Positions 49,865 through 60,381 of a stretch of 64,000 nt of DNA are shown here, piece by piece (positions within the stretch are counted from its first letter, which is position 1; every line of letters begins with the position of its first letter). The position numbers were made by a program, and so were the translations under genes. Source of the DNA: Algoriphagus sp. (GTDB lineage: Bacteria; Bacteroidota; Bacteroidia; Cytophagales; Cyclobacteriaceae). The notes under the pieces are model-generated. The model ran no database searches. It saw only the letters and a program-made list of their open reading frames with translations, and was not told where the DNA came from. The DNA lies in contig JANQWS010000094.1 in assembly GCA_030729785.1 (NCBI GenBank), forward strand, positions 17,984-81,983, read 5' to 3'.

Positions 49865-49879
49865 GTAATCTTTGTCACA
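49865..49879. promoter_or_regulatory. Crp/Fnr-like operator upstream of thioredoxin
   Basis: GTAAT-CTTT-GTCACA, 23 bp from the -7 box TACTTTTG (49834-49841). Confidence 0.65.
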
Positions 49880-49975
49880 AGACTTGGATGGAATGATTTT
49901 AGTAGGTTAAAAAATTCAAAAATTCCCGAGTTGGTCTAAAATTTCATAGTTTCGTAGTTCTAATTTGACGAATTA

Positions 49976-52960
49976 ATGCTCACTTACAAGCAAATCAATA
50001 CCCTCAGTGGTTGGCTAGTTTTTGCCATTTCCACCCTTGTTTACGTCCTTACCGTTGAACAAACGGCCAGTTTTTGGGATCCAGGAGAGTTTGTTGCCGT
50101 ATCTTACAAATTACAAGTTCCACATCCTCCAGGAGCCCCCTTTATGCTCTTGGTCTACCGCATGTTTGGCTTTCTTGCATTTGGTGATCCTTTGCAGGTT
50201 GCTTATTGGATGAATGTCGGCAGTGCTTTATTCTCAGGTTTTACGATCTTATTTTTATTTTGGTCCATCACACTGATGGGCAAGCGACTTTTCGCCGTGG
50301 TTGAAGGAGAGGAAAGTAAAGGTCAAACTATCGCTTTAATGGGGGCAGGATTGGTCGGATCGCTGGTTTATACTTTTTCCGATAGTTTTTGGTTTTCTGC
50401 GGTAGAAGCAGAGGTCTATGCCATGTCTTCCTTCTTCACTGCTATTGTTATATGGGCATTTTTGAAGTGGGATGTGATCAAAGATCCCAGAGAGGAAAAT
50501 AGATGGTTGGTCTTTATTGCCTATTTAGTAGGGCTTTCCATAGGAGTCCACTTATTAAACTTAGTAACTCTCCCTGGTTTGGCTTTGATCTATTATTTTA
50601 AAAAATATCCAAAGCCCAACCTTAAAGGTGGAATTATTGCTATGTTTTTGGGAGGTGTAGCCTTAATCTGTATCAATAACCTCATCATTCCTGGCCTTCC
50701 AAGCCTAGCCGGTTCAATGGAAATTTGGATGGTCAACTCGTTAGGATTGCCCTTCGGATCAGGTATCATTATTTTTGTTCTACTTTTTGTTAGTGCCTTA
50801 CTACTTGCCTTTCGGATTTCATTCCAACGAGAACTGGTTGTATTCAATACCATATTACTTTCACTTACATTTATTCTAATCGGCTATGGAAGCTATGCAC
50901 TGATTGTAGTACGAGCCAATCAAGACCCTATCATCAATGAAAGTGCGCCAAAGGACATTATTAGCTATGTCTCCTACCTTAAACGCGAGCAATATGGCTA
51001 TCGCCCACTTCTCCATGGACAGTACTTTACGGCTACTTTGGTAGATCAAGAAGAGGGTGATCCAATCTACATGAAAGGGAAAAATTCGTACGAGATTGTA
51101 GACTATGACTTAAAGAATACCTACGATCCAGAAAAAACAACCATTCTACCTCGCATTTATTCTACCCAAGAAAGTCACAAACGAATTTATCGTTCCAAAT
51201 TAGGATTGAAGGAAGGGCAAGAACCCACCTTTGGGGACAACTTGTATTTTATGTTTAGCCATCAGCTTGGTCACATGTATTGGCGTTACTTCTTGTGGAA
51301 TTTTTCTGGAAGAGAAAGTGACTTTTCTGATGCAAATTGGCTAGGGATTGGCGATGCCTTTTCAGATATATATCCTGATTACATCAAAGAAAATAAAGGG
51401 CATAATAATTACCTTATGCTCCCGCTAATCCTAGGTTTGGTCGGCTTTTTCTTCCAAGCAAAGAAAGACCAAAAGTACTTTTACGTCAATCTTATGCTCT
51501 TTTTGATGATGGGCGTAGTGTTGGTACTCTACCTCAACTCCCCTCCCATCGAACCGCGAGAGCGGGATTACATCTACGTAGGTAGTTTCTATGCCTTTGC
51601 GATTTGGATTGGATTAGGAGCTCTAGCATTAGCGCACAGCCTCAACAAATTCACCAAAAACTTAGGTACAGCAGGATTGGCTGCCACCTTATTGACCTTA
51701 CCAATTGCTGGGTTGATGGCCGCTGAAAACTGGGACGACCACAATCGAAAAGGGAGGTATTTTTCTGTAGATGCAGCCCGTAATTTCCTGGCCTCATGTG
51801 CGCCAAATGCCATTCTTTTTACAGGGGGGGACAACGACACTTTCCCACTCTGGTATGTACAAGAAGTAGAAAACTTCAGAACAGATGTTCGAGTGATTGT
51901 CTTGAGTTATTTTGATACCGATTGGTATGTGGAACAGATGACAAGACAAACCAATGACTCAAAACCACTACCCTTTTCCTTATCCCCAGATCGTTACCAA
52001 AAAGGAACCAATGACGTCCTATATGTCATGGAACGTGAAGGTTTAAATGCAATTTCTGCCAAGGAATACCTCAAATTAATTAATAGCGGATCGGAATTAC
52101 TTCAGATGAAAACTTCTGGTAGAAGTGTGGTGAATATGGTACCCTCCCGCAATTTGATTTTAGAAGTAGATAGTAGCTTTCGTGCTAATGATGAAATCGT
52201 TCCATCTCAATTTAAAGACTTATTTGTTTCTCAATTAAACCTTCAAGTAGGCGGTAATTATGTTACTAAGGGAACATTGATGCTGTTGGATTTGATCGTA
52301 AGCAATAATTGGGAAAGACCGATTTATTTTAATAACACATCGCTATCGACTATTGGACTCAATATCAGCGAACATGTGGTCATGGAAGGCTTGACCTATC
52401 GCTTGTTGCCAATCCAAAAACCCAATTCCCAACGTGAGGAATTAGTAAACACGGATTTAGCCCTCAAAAATTACATGGAAAATTTTGCCTTCCGAGGCAT
52501 GAATGATTCCAACGTCTACTTGGATGAGGAATACCGGAGATTTACTTCAAACCACCGAAGTGCGCTAAATTCCATTGCTTTGGCCTTACTAGATGAGAAT
52601 AGAATGGAAGATGCTGCCAAGCTACTCAATTTTGGTTTAGAGACTATTCCAGACAAAGCCGTGCCTTATGACCTAAGTAGTGGTCAGTCTGTACCCTTGT
52701 TTTTCGAGGCAGGCGAAGATGAAAAAGCGCTAGAAATAATTGAGAAAATTTCTAAGCGTTCTTTAGATAGAATCGAATTCAATACAAAAACTAACCGTGG
52801 CTACGATCGAGATATGCTTGTGGCCATCGAAATGATTAAATATTTTATTCCACTTTTGGAAGAGAGAGGCTATCAAGAAAAAGGGCAAGCGCTCAAAGAA
52901 AGACTAGAAAAATGGATTGGAAATGAAAGCGAGGAGCCAAGCTCTATCCGAAGAAGGTAA
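49976..52960 (+). CDS. DUF2723 / TMEM260-like membrane glycosyltransferase (GT-C)
   Basis: SFWDPGEF, HPPGAP, SAVEAEVY, RERDY, GDNDTFPLWY. Confidence 0.88.
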   Translation: MLTYKQINTLSGWLVFAISTLVYVLTVEQTASFWDPGEFVAVSYKLQVPHPPGAPFMLLVYRMFGFLAFGDPLQVAYWMNVGSALFSGFTILFLFWSITLMGKRLFAVVEGEESKGQTIALMGAGLVGSLVYTFSDSFWFSAVEAEVYAMSSFFTAIVIWAFLKWDVIKDPREENRWLVFIAYLVGLSIGVHLLNLVTLPGLALIYYFKKYPKPNLKGGIIAMFLGGVALICINNLIIPGLPSLAGSMEIWMVNSLGLPFGSGIIIFVLLFVSALLLAFRISFQRELVVFNTILLSLTFILIGYGSYALIVVRANQDPIINESAPKDIISYVSYLKREQYGYRPLLHGQYFTATLVDQEEGDPIYMKGKNSYEIVDYDLKNTYDPEKTTILPRIYSTQESHKRIYRSKLGLKEGQEPTFGDNLYFMFSHQLGHMYWRYFLWNFSGRESDFSDANWLGIGDAFSDIYPDYIKENKGHNNYLMLPLILGLVGFFFQAKKDQKYFYVNLMLFLMMGVVLVLYLNSPPIEPRERDYIYVGSFYAFAIWIGLGALALAHSLNKFTKNLGTAGLAATLLTLPIAGLMAAENWDDHNRKGRYFSVDAARNFLASCAPNAILFTGGDNDTFPLWYVQEVENFRTDVRVIVLSYFDTDWYVEQMTRQTNDSKPLPFSLSPDRYQKGTNDVLYVMEREGLNAISAKEYLKLINSGSELLQMKTSGRSVVNMVPSRNLILEVDSSFRANDEIVPSQFKDLFVSQLNLQVGGNYVTKGTLMLLDLIVSNNWERPIYFNNTSLSTIGLNISEHVVMEGLTYRLLPIQKPNSQREELVNTDLALKNYMENFAFRGMNDSNVYLDEEYRRFTSNHRSALNSIALALLDENRMEDAAKLLNFGLETIPDKAVPYDLSSGQSVPLFFEAGEDEKALEIIEKISKRSLDRIEFNTKTNRGYDRDMLVAIEMIKYFIPLLEERGYQEKGQALKERLEKWIGNESEEPSSIRRR

Positions 52961-53050
52961 TTGAAAAAAGGCCAATGGATAACAAGTCACGGCCCCGCAA
53001 ATTTGACTTCAACTTTTTTTATTTTGGCTTCTATTCGAGTAGTGAGATTA

Positions 53051-53088
53051 AAAAAAAAGCCAGCAGAAATAATTCTGCTGGCCTTTTT
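53051..53088. terminator. Bidirectional terminator
   Basis: GCCAGCAGAA-ataa-TTCTGCTGGC flanked by A and T tracts. Confidence 0.9.
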
Positions 53089-53111
53089 GATGGATTTCAA
53101 TCTTGCCTTTT

Positions 53112-53203
53112 AAGCCGCTATTGTACCGATTACGATAGGAATAAGTCTTGAAGTTTAAGTTAACTGAGCAGCGGACTGTGGACAATCATCGTCTGTTGAC
53201 GAT
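53112..53203 (+). ncRNA. Dispersed structured intergenic element, copy C (diverged)
   Basis: CCGCT..ACC...AATAAG..TTG..GTT...CTGTGGA..ATCATC core collinear with copies A and B; ends in hairpin ATCGTC-tgtt-GACGAT. Confidence 0.55.
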
Positions 53204-53204
53204 T

Positions 53205-53981
53205 TTACTTCTTCCAAAGGAGATAAAACAAGTCTAGTCCATCCTTAGGGTCCTCTACAAGAAAGTAATCCTCGTGGGAAATCGCTACAACCGAAGCACC
53301 TTGTGAACGATGCAGTCGATTCCGATTGATCCGATTCAAAAATTCATACGGCCATCTTAATACAGAATTGGGAAGTTTGTGCTGCAAGTCCAGCACATCA
53401 AAGCGCATGATTTTTTGAACAGATTTACGATTTGCTTCGTGATAGGCCCATACCTTTTCATTCCCTCCTATTCCCTTGGCTTCGACACGATCAAAAATGG
53501 AGTTAGCCAAATCAATTAGTTGCTGCGGTACATATTCCCGCTCATGCCAAGGATTTCGAGATAGCGTGTGGGTATTGTTCGGTGTAGAAATAATGGCTTT
53601 CCCACCCGGCTTTAACATTCGGTAGATCTCTTGAAGAAAAAGACGATCCTGCTGTATATGTTCAATCACCTGAAAACTCACAATAGTATCGAAAGTCTCA
53701 TCACCTATCCTAGTAAATGGAGGAATAACAGCCTGCTCAAAGGAAATACCAGGGTATTTTTTTTGAAGGGTTTGGATTACTTCATGGATCTTATCCAAAC
53801 CTAAATAGGAAGCTGCAAGTGGAACTAATTCGCCAACACCTCTCCCTTCCCCACAGCCAATCTCTAGCAAATCCCCAGTGATCCAGGGCTTGGCAGCAAG
53901 GTAGGCTTTTAATAATCTTTGGTGAATAGGATTATCACTAATCAACTTATCAGATGCAATTTCCGTTGTATAGGTAGCCAT
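53205..53981 (-). CDS. Class I SAM-dependent methyltransferase
   Basis: LEIGCGEG, SFQVIEHI, LKPGG..ISTPN, NPWHEREY. Confidence 0.9.
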   Translation of the reverse strand: MATYTTEIASDKLISDNPIHQRLLKAYLAAKPWITGDLLEIGCGEGRGVGELVPLAASYLGLDKIHEVIQTLQKKYPGISFEQAVIPPFTRIGDETFDTIVSFQVIEHIQQDRLFLQEIYRMLKPGGKAIISTPNNTHTLSRNPWHEREYVPQQLIDLANSIFDRVEAKGIGGNEKVWAYHEANRKSVQKIMRFDVLDLQHKLPNSVLRWPYEFLNRINRNRLHRSQGASVVAISHEDYFLVEDPKDGLDLFYLLWKK

Positions 53982-54042
53982 TAGAAATTTTAGTATTTTG
54001 GCAAAAGTAAGGCTTATTTTTAAATCCTGTGAACTAAACCCA

Positions 54043-55278
54043 ATGAATCAAAAGTACTTCAAGCGGCTTTTTCTATTCTGCTTTTTAATTACACTTTCCT
54101 TCATTTCTGTTGCTCAAACTACCTTAAGTACAACAGATCAATCGCTTCGTTATTCTTTGTATGCGCGGCTCGGATTAAAAATTATACCGATAAAGCTTTC
54201 CGACAGCAGCTACAAACTCCAATTTGTGGTCGAAAAAATTGAAGAAGATGCTAGTTTGGACACCTATCAATTCAGGTACCTAATTTTAAACTCCTACGAT
54301 CAAGAACTTGAAACCGCAAAAAAAATAAAGTTTAGTGCTGCTGATTTAATTTTTTCAACGGAAAGACATTGGGTTTTTGAAAAAACAATCGAAATAGTTC
54401 AAGACCAAGAAACGGTTATTGCCTTTTTTGAAGCGCTAGACACCCGACAGCAAGATGCCTACACCAGCCATGTGGACTTAAAAAGTCCTTTTGTTTTTGA
54501 TCAACCCAGTTTTGGATATTATTACGCGAATGAGGTTCCCTTTGATCAAAATTACCTGACAGAAGGTCAATCTTTGCTCTTCAAGAGCGGCAAGGGACCC
54601 TCCCTCTACTCTTTCTTTTATCCCAGCCCATTTCCTATCCCATTCCCCCCCATGGAGAATCGTTTGGTAGAAGTGCCAAAAGAAGTAGCCGTAGAAAATA
54701 GAGGAGATTTTTTGGAGAATATACCAAAAACCTTAACTGATGAAGGATACTATTTTTTTCAAAACGATAGCAATGCACAAACAGGCCTACTTCTCCGGAC
54801 TGTACATGATGCCTTCCCAAAGGTAAAAGACTGGGAAGAGATGGTGGATATGGTTACGTACATTTCCACCAAGAAAGAACACGAAACATTACTTTTAGCT
54901 CAGGACAAAAAGAAGGCTCTAGATGCCTATTGGTACAATTTGACACGAAATGAAGAGGTAGCAAAGGACTTAATACGGAATTACTTTAAGATGGTCGAAT
55001 TTGCCAATATTCTGTTTACTGACTTTAAAGAAGGCTGGAAAACAGATCGAGGCATGGTCTATATCGTGATGGGCCCACCACAGGAAGTGAATTTTTATGA
55101 GGATCGAGAAGTTTGGTCTTATGCAGGGATAGATAACACTTCCAAAATTAGGTTTACCTTTACGCGGGTTAAAACAATTCTTAGCCCACATTTCTATACT
55201 CTAAACCGATCAAGAGCCTACCAGCCGATTTGGTTTAAAAATATTTCACAATGGAGAAGCGGAAGGATGGCTTTCTAA
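54043..55278 (+). CDS. GWxTD domain-containing protein
   Basis: EGWKTDRGMVYIVMGPP motif; signal peptide from ATG 54043. Confidence 0.88.
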   Translation: MNQKYFKRLFLFCFLITLSFISVAQTTLSTTDQSLRYSLYARLGLKIIPIKLSDSSYKLQFVVEKIEEDASLDTYQFRYLILNSYDQELETAKKIKFSAADLIFSTERHWVFEKTIEIVQDQETVIAFFEALDTRQQDAYTSHVDLKSPFVFDQPSFGYYYANEVPFDQNYLTEGQSLLFKSGKGPSLYSFFYPSPFPIPFPPMENRLVEVPKEVAVENRGDFLENIPKTLTDEGYYFFQNDSNAQTGLLLRTVHDAFPKVKDWEEMVDMVTYISTKKEHETLLLAQDKKKALDAYWYNLTRNEEVAKDLIRNYFKMVEFANILFTDFKEGWKTDRGMVYIVMGPPQEVNFYEDREVWSYAGIDNTSKIRFTFTRVKTILSPHFYTLNRSRAYQPIWFKNISQWRSGRMAF

Positions 55279-56027
55279 TCGATAAAGGAGCCTTCGACAA
55301 AGATTTTATTTTTGGAACTAGAGCAGTGATGGAATCCATCCATGCAGGCAAGGAAATAGACAAAATACTTGTACAAAAGGAACTCAATAACGACCTAATC
55401 AAAGAACTACTTCAACTTTGCAAGGCAGAACACATTCCTGTAGTTCGTGTGCCCGATGCCAAGTTGAATCGAATTACACGCAAGAATCACCAAGGAGTAA
55501 TTGCGCAAATGTCTACGATCGCGTATGCCTCTTTGGACAACGTGATTGATCAATGCTACGCAGTAGGCAAGGCTCCTCTGATTTTGGTTTTGGACCACTT
55601 GACTGATGTTCGCAATTTTGGAGCCATCGCCCGCACTGCAGAATGTGCAGGAGTAGACGCCATCGTAATTCCTGAAAAAGGAAGTGCTCAGATCAACTCT
55701 GATGCGGTAAAAACCTCCGCAGGTGCCTTGAACTTCATTCCTGTGGCACGGGTAAAAAACTTGTTTTATACCTGTCGTGATTTGCAAAAAATGGGATTGT
55801 CTCTCATTGCAATCACAGAAAAAACTGAAAAACTCATGTACGAAGGGGACTTTGCATCACCTGTAGCACTGATCATGGGGTCCGAAGAAGATGGGATCTC
55901 TCAAGAAATCATGGGTATGGTCGATGATCGGGTAAAAATACCACTTGCCGGTAGTATCGAAAGTTTGAACGTATCCGTATCCGCTGGAGTAGCGATTTAC
56001 GAGGCCCTACGGCAACGCAAAAAATAA
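55251..56027 (+). CDS. rlmB: 23S rRNA (Gm2251) 2'-O-methyltransferase
   Basis: NHQGVIA, DVRNFGAIARTA, GSEEDG, SLNVSVS SPOUT motifs. Confidence 0.93.
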   Translation: MEKRKDGFLIDKGAFDKDFIFGTRAVMESIHAGKEIDKILVQKELNNDLIKELLQLCKAEHIPVVRVPDAKLNRITRKNHQGVIAQMSTIAYASLDNVIDQCYAVGKAPLILVLDHLTDVRNFGAIARTAECAGVDAIVIPEKGSAQINSDAVKTSAGALNFIPVARVKNLFYTCRDLQKMGLSLIAITEKTEKLMYEGDFASPVALIMGSEEDGISQEIMGMVDDRVKIPLAGSIESLNVSVSAGVAIYEALRQRKK

Positions 56028-56063
56028 AAAAAGAGGATTTCAAACGAAATCCTCTCCTTTTTT
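56028..56063. terminator. Bidirectional terminator overlapping the manC stop
   Basis: AGAGGATTTC-aaac-GAAATCCTCT. Confidence 0.7.
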
Positions 56064-57116
56064 CTTCGCCTGAGCAACAAAATCTCGAAATCGATTTTCT
56101 TCTCCTAGTTTACAAATTAATAAAACATTTCCAGTTTCATTAATCAAAAAGTCATCCATCCCTTGCACGACGACAAGCTTTTCGCTATCTGTTTTAATCA
56201 AACAGTTTTTAGTATCGAAAAGTAGTGCATTGGCTTCCACAACATTATTATCCTCATCCTTCTCTCGAAGTTCGTGAAGACTTTGCCAAGATCCGATATC
56301 CGACCATCCAAAATCCCCCAAAACCATGTACACTTGATCTGATTTTTCCATAATTCCGTAGTCAATGGAAACATTTTTTAAAGTAGCGTACACCGTCAAA
56401 ATAAAATCAGATTCCAAATCACTGCCCAATTTACCTTTTCCATCTTCAAAGGCCTCTGCAAGATCAGGCATGTATTTTTTAAATGCTTCGATCAAACTAC
56501 CTGCCTTCCAGACAAACAGACCTGAATTCCAAACAAAATCTCCACTTTCCAAAAAAGCAGCAGCCAGCTTGGCATTAGGCTTTTCCGTGAAAGTCTTCAC
56601 CTTCAAAACCTGGGTATCGACCGAACCGGGTACGTATTGAATGTAGCCATAGCCTGTTTCAGGCCTATTCGGTTTAATTCCAATAGTAAGCAATCTATTT
56701 GGTTCTTGAGCAGCTGATATCGCTGCAACTAAAGTTTGGAGGAACCTTCCTTCTTGCAAAATGAGGTGATCTGCTGGGGCCACAATCATCGTGGCATTTG
56801 AATTAATACAAGCGATTTTATAGGAAGCATAGGCCAAGCAAGCAGCAGTATTTTTTCGAAGGGGCTCTGCTAAAATCTGATTTTCTTGCAGCTCGGGCAA
56901 TTGTTCCCGGACCAAATGGACATGAGATTGATTGGTGACTACAAAAAATTGTTCCGGCTTAGCCAATTCAAGGAACCGGTCAAAAGTCATTTGTAGGAGC
57001 GTTCTTCCCGTACCCAATACATCCAAAAATTGCTTGGGCCTGCTATTTTTACTATAGGGCCAAAAGCGGGAGCCAATTCCTCCAGCCATAATTACAATAT
57101 AGGGTTGGTCCTTCAT
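56040..57116 (-). CDS. manC: Mannose-1-phosphate guanylyltransferase
   Basis: MAGGIGSRFWP, PKQFL, ETGYGYI, FTEKP, SIDYGIMEK, WSDIGSW. Confidence 0.93.
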   Translation of the reverse strand: MKDQPYIVIMAGGIGSRFWPYSKNSRPKQFLDVLGTGRTLLQMTFDRFLELAKPEQFFVVTNQSHVHLVREQLPELQENQILAEPLRKNTAACLAYASYKIACINSNATMIVAPADHLILQEGRFLQTLVAAISAAQEPNRLLTIGIKPNRPETGYGYIQYVPGSVDTQVLKVKTFTEKPNAKLAAAFLESGDFVWNSGLFVWKAGSLIEAFKKYMPDLAEAFEDGKGKLGSDLESDFILTVYATLKNVSIDYGIMEKSDQVYMVLGDFGWSDIGSWQSLHELREKDEDNNVVEANALLFDTKNCLIKTDSEKLVVVQGMDDFLINETGNVLLICKLGEENRFRDFVAQAKKKGEDFV

Positions 57117-57122
57117 AGTAGC

Positions 57123-58091
57123 TTAAACAATTCCCTCTTTCATCAAATCATGAATATGCACAAAACCAGCGATTTTTTTACCATCGAGTACCACCAATTG
57201 TGTAATATTATGGGCCTTCATCAAAGCAAAAGCAGCTGTTGCATACTCCTCAATACCAATAGATTTTGGATGTACAGACATGATTGAATCTGCTCTAAAC
57301 TCTTGAATATCAAGTGTTCGCTGAAGCATACGACGTAAATCACCGTCCGTAATTATTCCCTTCAGTTCTCCCTTAGCATTGACTACTGCTGTCGCTCCCA
57401 ACCGTTTACTTGTAATCTCTACAATAACTTCTGCTACGCTAGCCTGCTCCTGAACAAGTGGAATCTCAGAAGCAGAAAGTAGGTCTCCTACTCTCAGGTA
57501 GAGTTGTTTTCCTAAAGTTCCTCCAGGATGAAAACGAGCAAAGTCTGCAGAAGAAAATCCACGAGCTTCAAGGAGGCAAATCGCTAATGCATCCCCAAGT
57601 GCCAAATGTGCAGTGGTACTAGTCGTTGGGGTCAAGTTGTGTGGACACGCTTCCTCCTTTATTGTCGCGTTCAACACATAATGCGCCTGTTCAGCTAAAT
57701 AAGACTGCCTATTAGAAACTAGTGCGACCACCTTCACGCCTAAATCTTTAACCAAAGGCAAGAGCACTTTGATCTCAGCTGTATTACCCGACTTAGAAAT
57801 AAATAAAACAGTGTCCTCTTGTTGCACCATTCCCAAGTCACCATGAATCGCATCTGCAGCATGCATAAAAAGTGACGGCGTACCGGTAGAATTGAGTGTA
57901 GCAACCAATTTGTTGGCTATCCAAGCACTTTTTCCCACACCTGTAATGACCAGCCTCCCTTTAGAATGCAGAAGGTGGGTTACGCAATCCTCAAAATCCT
58001 GATTTAAAAACCCAACCAGGCCAGCAATAGCTTCGGATTCATTTAATAGAACCCGCGCTGCGATGTTTCTAATATTTTTAGCTAACTTCAA
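57123..58091 (-). CDS. kdsD: Arabinose-5-phosphate isomerase KpsF/GutQ family
   Basis: GVGKS, HGDLG, SKSGNT, PTTST, HPGG, C-terminal CBS pair. Confidence 0.93.
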   Translation of the reverse strand: MKLAKNIRNIAARVLLNESEAIAGLVGFLNQDFEDCVTHLLHSKGRLVITGVGKSAWIANKLVATLNSTGTPSLFMHAADAIHGDLGMVQQEDTVLFISKSGNTAEIKVLLPLVKDLGVKVVALVSNRQSYLAEQAHYVLNATIKEEACPHNLTPTTSTTAHLALGDALAICLLEARGFSSADFARFHPGGTLGKQLYLRVGDLLSASEIPLVQEQASVAEVIVEITSKRLGATAVVNAKGELKGIITDGDLRRMLQRTLDIQEFRADSIMSVHPKSIGIEEYATAAFALMKAHNITQLVVLDGKKIAGFVHIHDLMKEGIV

Positions 58092-58188
58092 ATTTACCTG
58101 CGTTAATCACTAGTTTTGTACAAAGGTATAAAAGTAATCGTTCAATCTGTAGCACAGGTAGACCTCACCCTCAAAGCCCTTTCTTCGA

Positions 58189-60366
58189 GTGGAAGAAAAT
58201 GTTAAGTCAGACTTAAAAAAAATCTTCGGATTTAGCCATTTCCGTGGAAATCAGGAGCTTATTGTTGATAATTTACTCAACAACAGGAACACATTCGTCA
58301 TCATGCCTACTGGGGCTGGAAAATCATTGTGTTACCAACTTCCTGCAGTAGTTCGTGAAGGTACCGCAATAGTAATTTCACCGCTTATTGCGTTAATGAA
58401 AAATCAGGTAGATCAATTGAATGCAATCGGTATTAACGCCCATTTTTTAAATTCAACACTGACCAAAACAGAAGCTACAAAAGTTAAAAACGAGGTTTTG
58501 AAAAAAATCACCAAATTACTTTATGTAGCACCCGAATCGTTAACTAAAGAAGAAAACATACTCTTTTTAAAGGAGGCACACTTAAGTTTTGTGGCGATAG
58601 ACGAAGCTCACTGTATTTCGGAATGGGGCCATGATTTCAGACCTGAGTACCGAAAAATTAAGTCTATTGTAGCACAGATAGCCCCTCATTTGCCCATCAT
58701 TGCGCTCACCGCTACAGCCACACCAAAAGTGCAGCAGGATATTCAGCGCAACTTACAAATGGAGGAAGCGGATTTATTCAAATCCTCGTTCAATCGAACA
58801 AATTTGTATTACGAGGTGCGCCCTAAGGTAAAAAATGAATCCAAAAAAGTACTCATAAAATTCATCAAACAACACAAAGGGAAGTCGGGTATCATCTATT
58901 GTTTGAGCAGAAAGAAAGTAGAAGAAATTGCTGAATTTCTTAAGGTCAATCAAATTAATGCTGCCCCCTACCATGCTGGACTTGATTCTGCTATTCGGAT
59001 AAAGACGCAAGACGATTTCCTTAACGAAGAATTAGACGTGATTGTTGCCACCATTGCTTTTGGAATGGGAATTGACAAGCCAGATGTTCGGTATGTAATC
59101 CATTACGATGTTCCAAAATCATTAGAAGGGTATTACCAAGAAACAGGGAGGGCGGGAAGAGACGGACTTGAAGGCCATTGTTTGATGTTTTATAGGTACG
59201 AGGATATCGTCAAACTTGATAAATTCAACAAGGATAAGGCAGTTACTGAGCGAGAAAATGCTAAAATCTTGTTGCAAGAAATGTCTGCCTATTCAGAAAC
59301 AGGCGTATGTAGAAGGAAATTTATTCTCAATTATTTTGGAGAAATTCTCGAAAAAGATTGTGGGTTTTGTGACAATTGCAAACGAGAAAGGGAAACTTTT
59401 GAGGGAGTAAATGACCTAACTACGGTGCTAGAAGCGGTCAAACAAACACAAGGACGTTTTGGAATTGACCATCTTGTAAAGGTAATCCTTGGAGAATTGG
59501 ACGATTATATCAGTAGTTACCAACACGATAGTTTACCAGTATTTGGTAAGGGAAAAGGTGAGAGTGAGAGGCATTGGACATCTGTAATTCGTCAGGCAAT
59601 GATTGCCGCCTTGTTGGAAAAGGATATTGAAAATTATGGCCATTTAAAGTTAACCCCCAAGGGCCTTCGCTATCTTGAAGATCCCTATTTGGTAGAATTG
59701 TACCGGGATCAAGATTTCGAAAAATTGGGACAAAGTGAAGTAGAAGAAGAACAGCTTCATACCGCCCAGGCGTACGATGAAAAGCTATTTGAACTACTGA
59801 AGGCCGAGCGCAAACGTATTGCCAAATCCAAAGGTCTACCACCCTATGTGATATTTCAAGATCCTTCCTTGGAGGAAATGGCAACTATTTATCCCACGAC
59901 TGAGGAAGAACTCTCCCAAATCAATGGGGTGGGTATGGGTAAAGTAGCCAAATTTGGCACGTCTTTTCTCCAAGTGATCCAAAACTATGTCACTGAAAAT
60001 GAGATTGAAACTGCAGCAGAGGTGCTTATTAAAACCTCAGGCACACGCTCCAAAGTAAAAATCTCCATCATTCAGCAAATCGATCGAAAAATCAACTTGG
60101 AGGAAATAGCTCAAAATCTGAAACTATCTTTGATGGATTTGCTTCAAGAAATTGAACAAATCACCTACAGTGGCACCAAATTAAACATTGATTATTACAT
60201 CCACCGGATCATGGATGACGACCGAGAAGAGATTCTTTTGGACTATTTCATGAATGCGGAAACTGATCACATTAAAGCAGCATTGGATGAACTTGAAGGT
60301 GAAGATTTCACGGAAGAGGAACTTCGTGTTTACCGAATCAAGTTTATTTCCGAACATGCCAATTAA
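58189..60366 (+). CDS. recQ: DNA helicase RecQ
   Basis: TGAGKSLCYQ, DEAHCISEWGHDFR, QETGRAGRDG, Zn-binding RQC and HRDC domains. Confidence 0.95.
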   Translation: MEENVKSDLKKIFGFSHFRGNQELIVDNLLNNRNTFVIMPTGAGKSLCYQLPAVVREGTAIVISPLIALMKNQVDQLNAIGINAHFLNSTLTKTEATKVKNEVLKKITKLLYVAPESLTKEENILFLKEAHLSFVAIDEAHCISEWGHDFRPEYRKIKSIVAQIAPHLPIIALTATATPKVQQDIQRNLQMEEADLFKSSFNRTNLYYEVRPKVKNESKKVLIKFIKQHKGKSGIIYCLSRKKVEEIAEFLKVNQINAAPYHAGLDSAIRIKTQDDFLNEELDVIVATIAFGMGIDKPDVRYVIHYDVPKSLEGYYQETGRAGRDGLEGHCLMFYRYEDIVKLDKFNKDKAVTERENAKILLQEMSAYSETGVCRRKFILNYFGEILEKDCGFCDNCKRERETFEGVNDLTTVLEAVKQTQGRFGIDHLVKVILGELDDYISSYQHDSLPVFGKGKGESERHWTSVIRQAMIAALLEKDIENYGHLKLTPKGLRYLEDPYLVELYRDQDFEKLGQSEVEEEQLHTAQAYDEKLFELLKAERKRIAKSKGLPPYVIFQDPSLEEMATIYPTTEEELSQINGVGMGKVAKFGTSFLQVIQNYVTENEIETAAEVLIKTSGTRSKVKISIIQQIDRKINLEEIAQNLKLSLMDLLQEIEQITYSGTKLNIDYYIHRIMDDDREEILLDYFMNAETDHIKAALDELEGEDFTEEELRVYRIKFISEHAN

Positions 60367-60381
60367 CACAACTTTGAGTTC

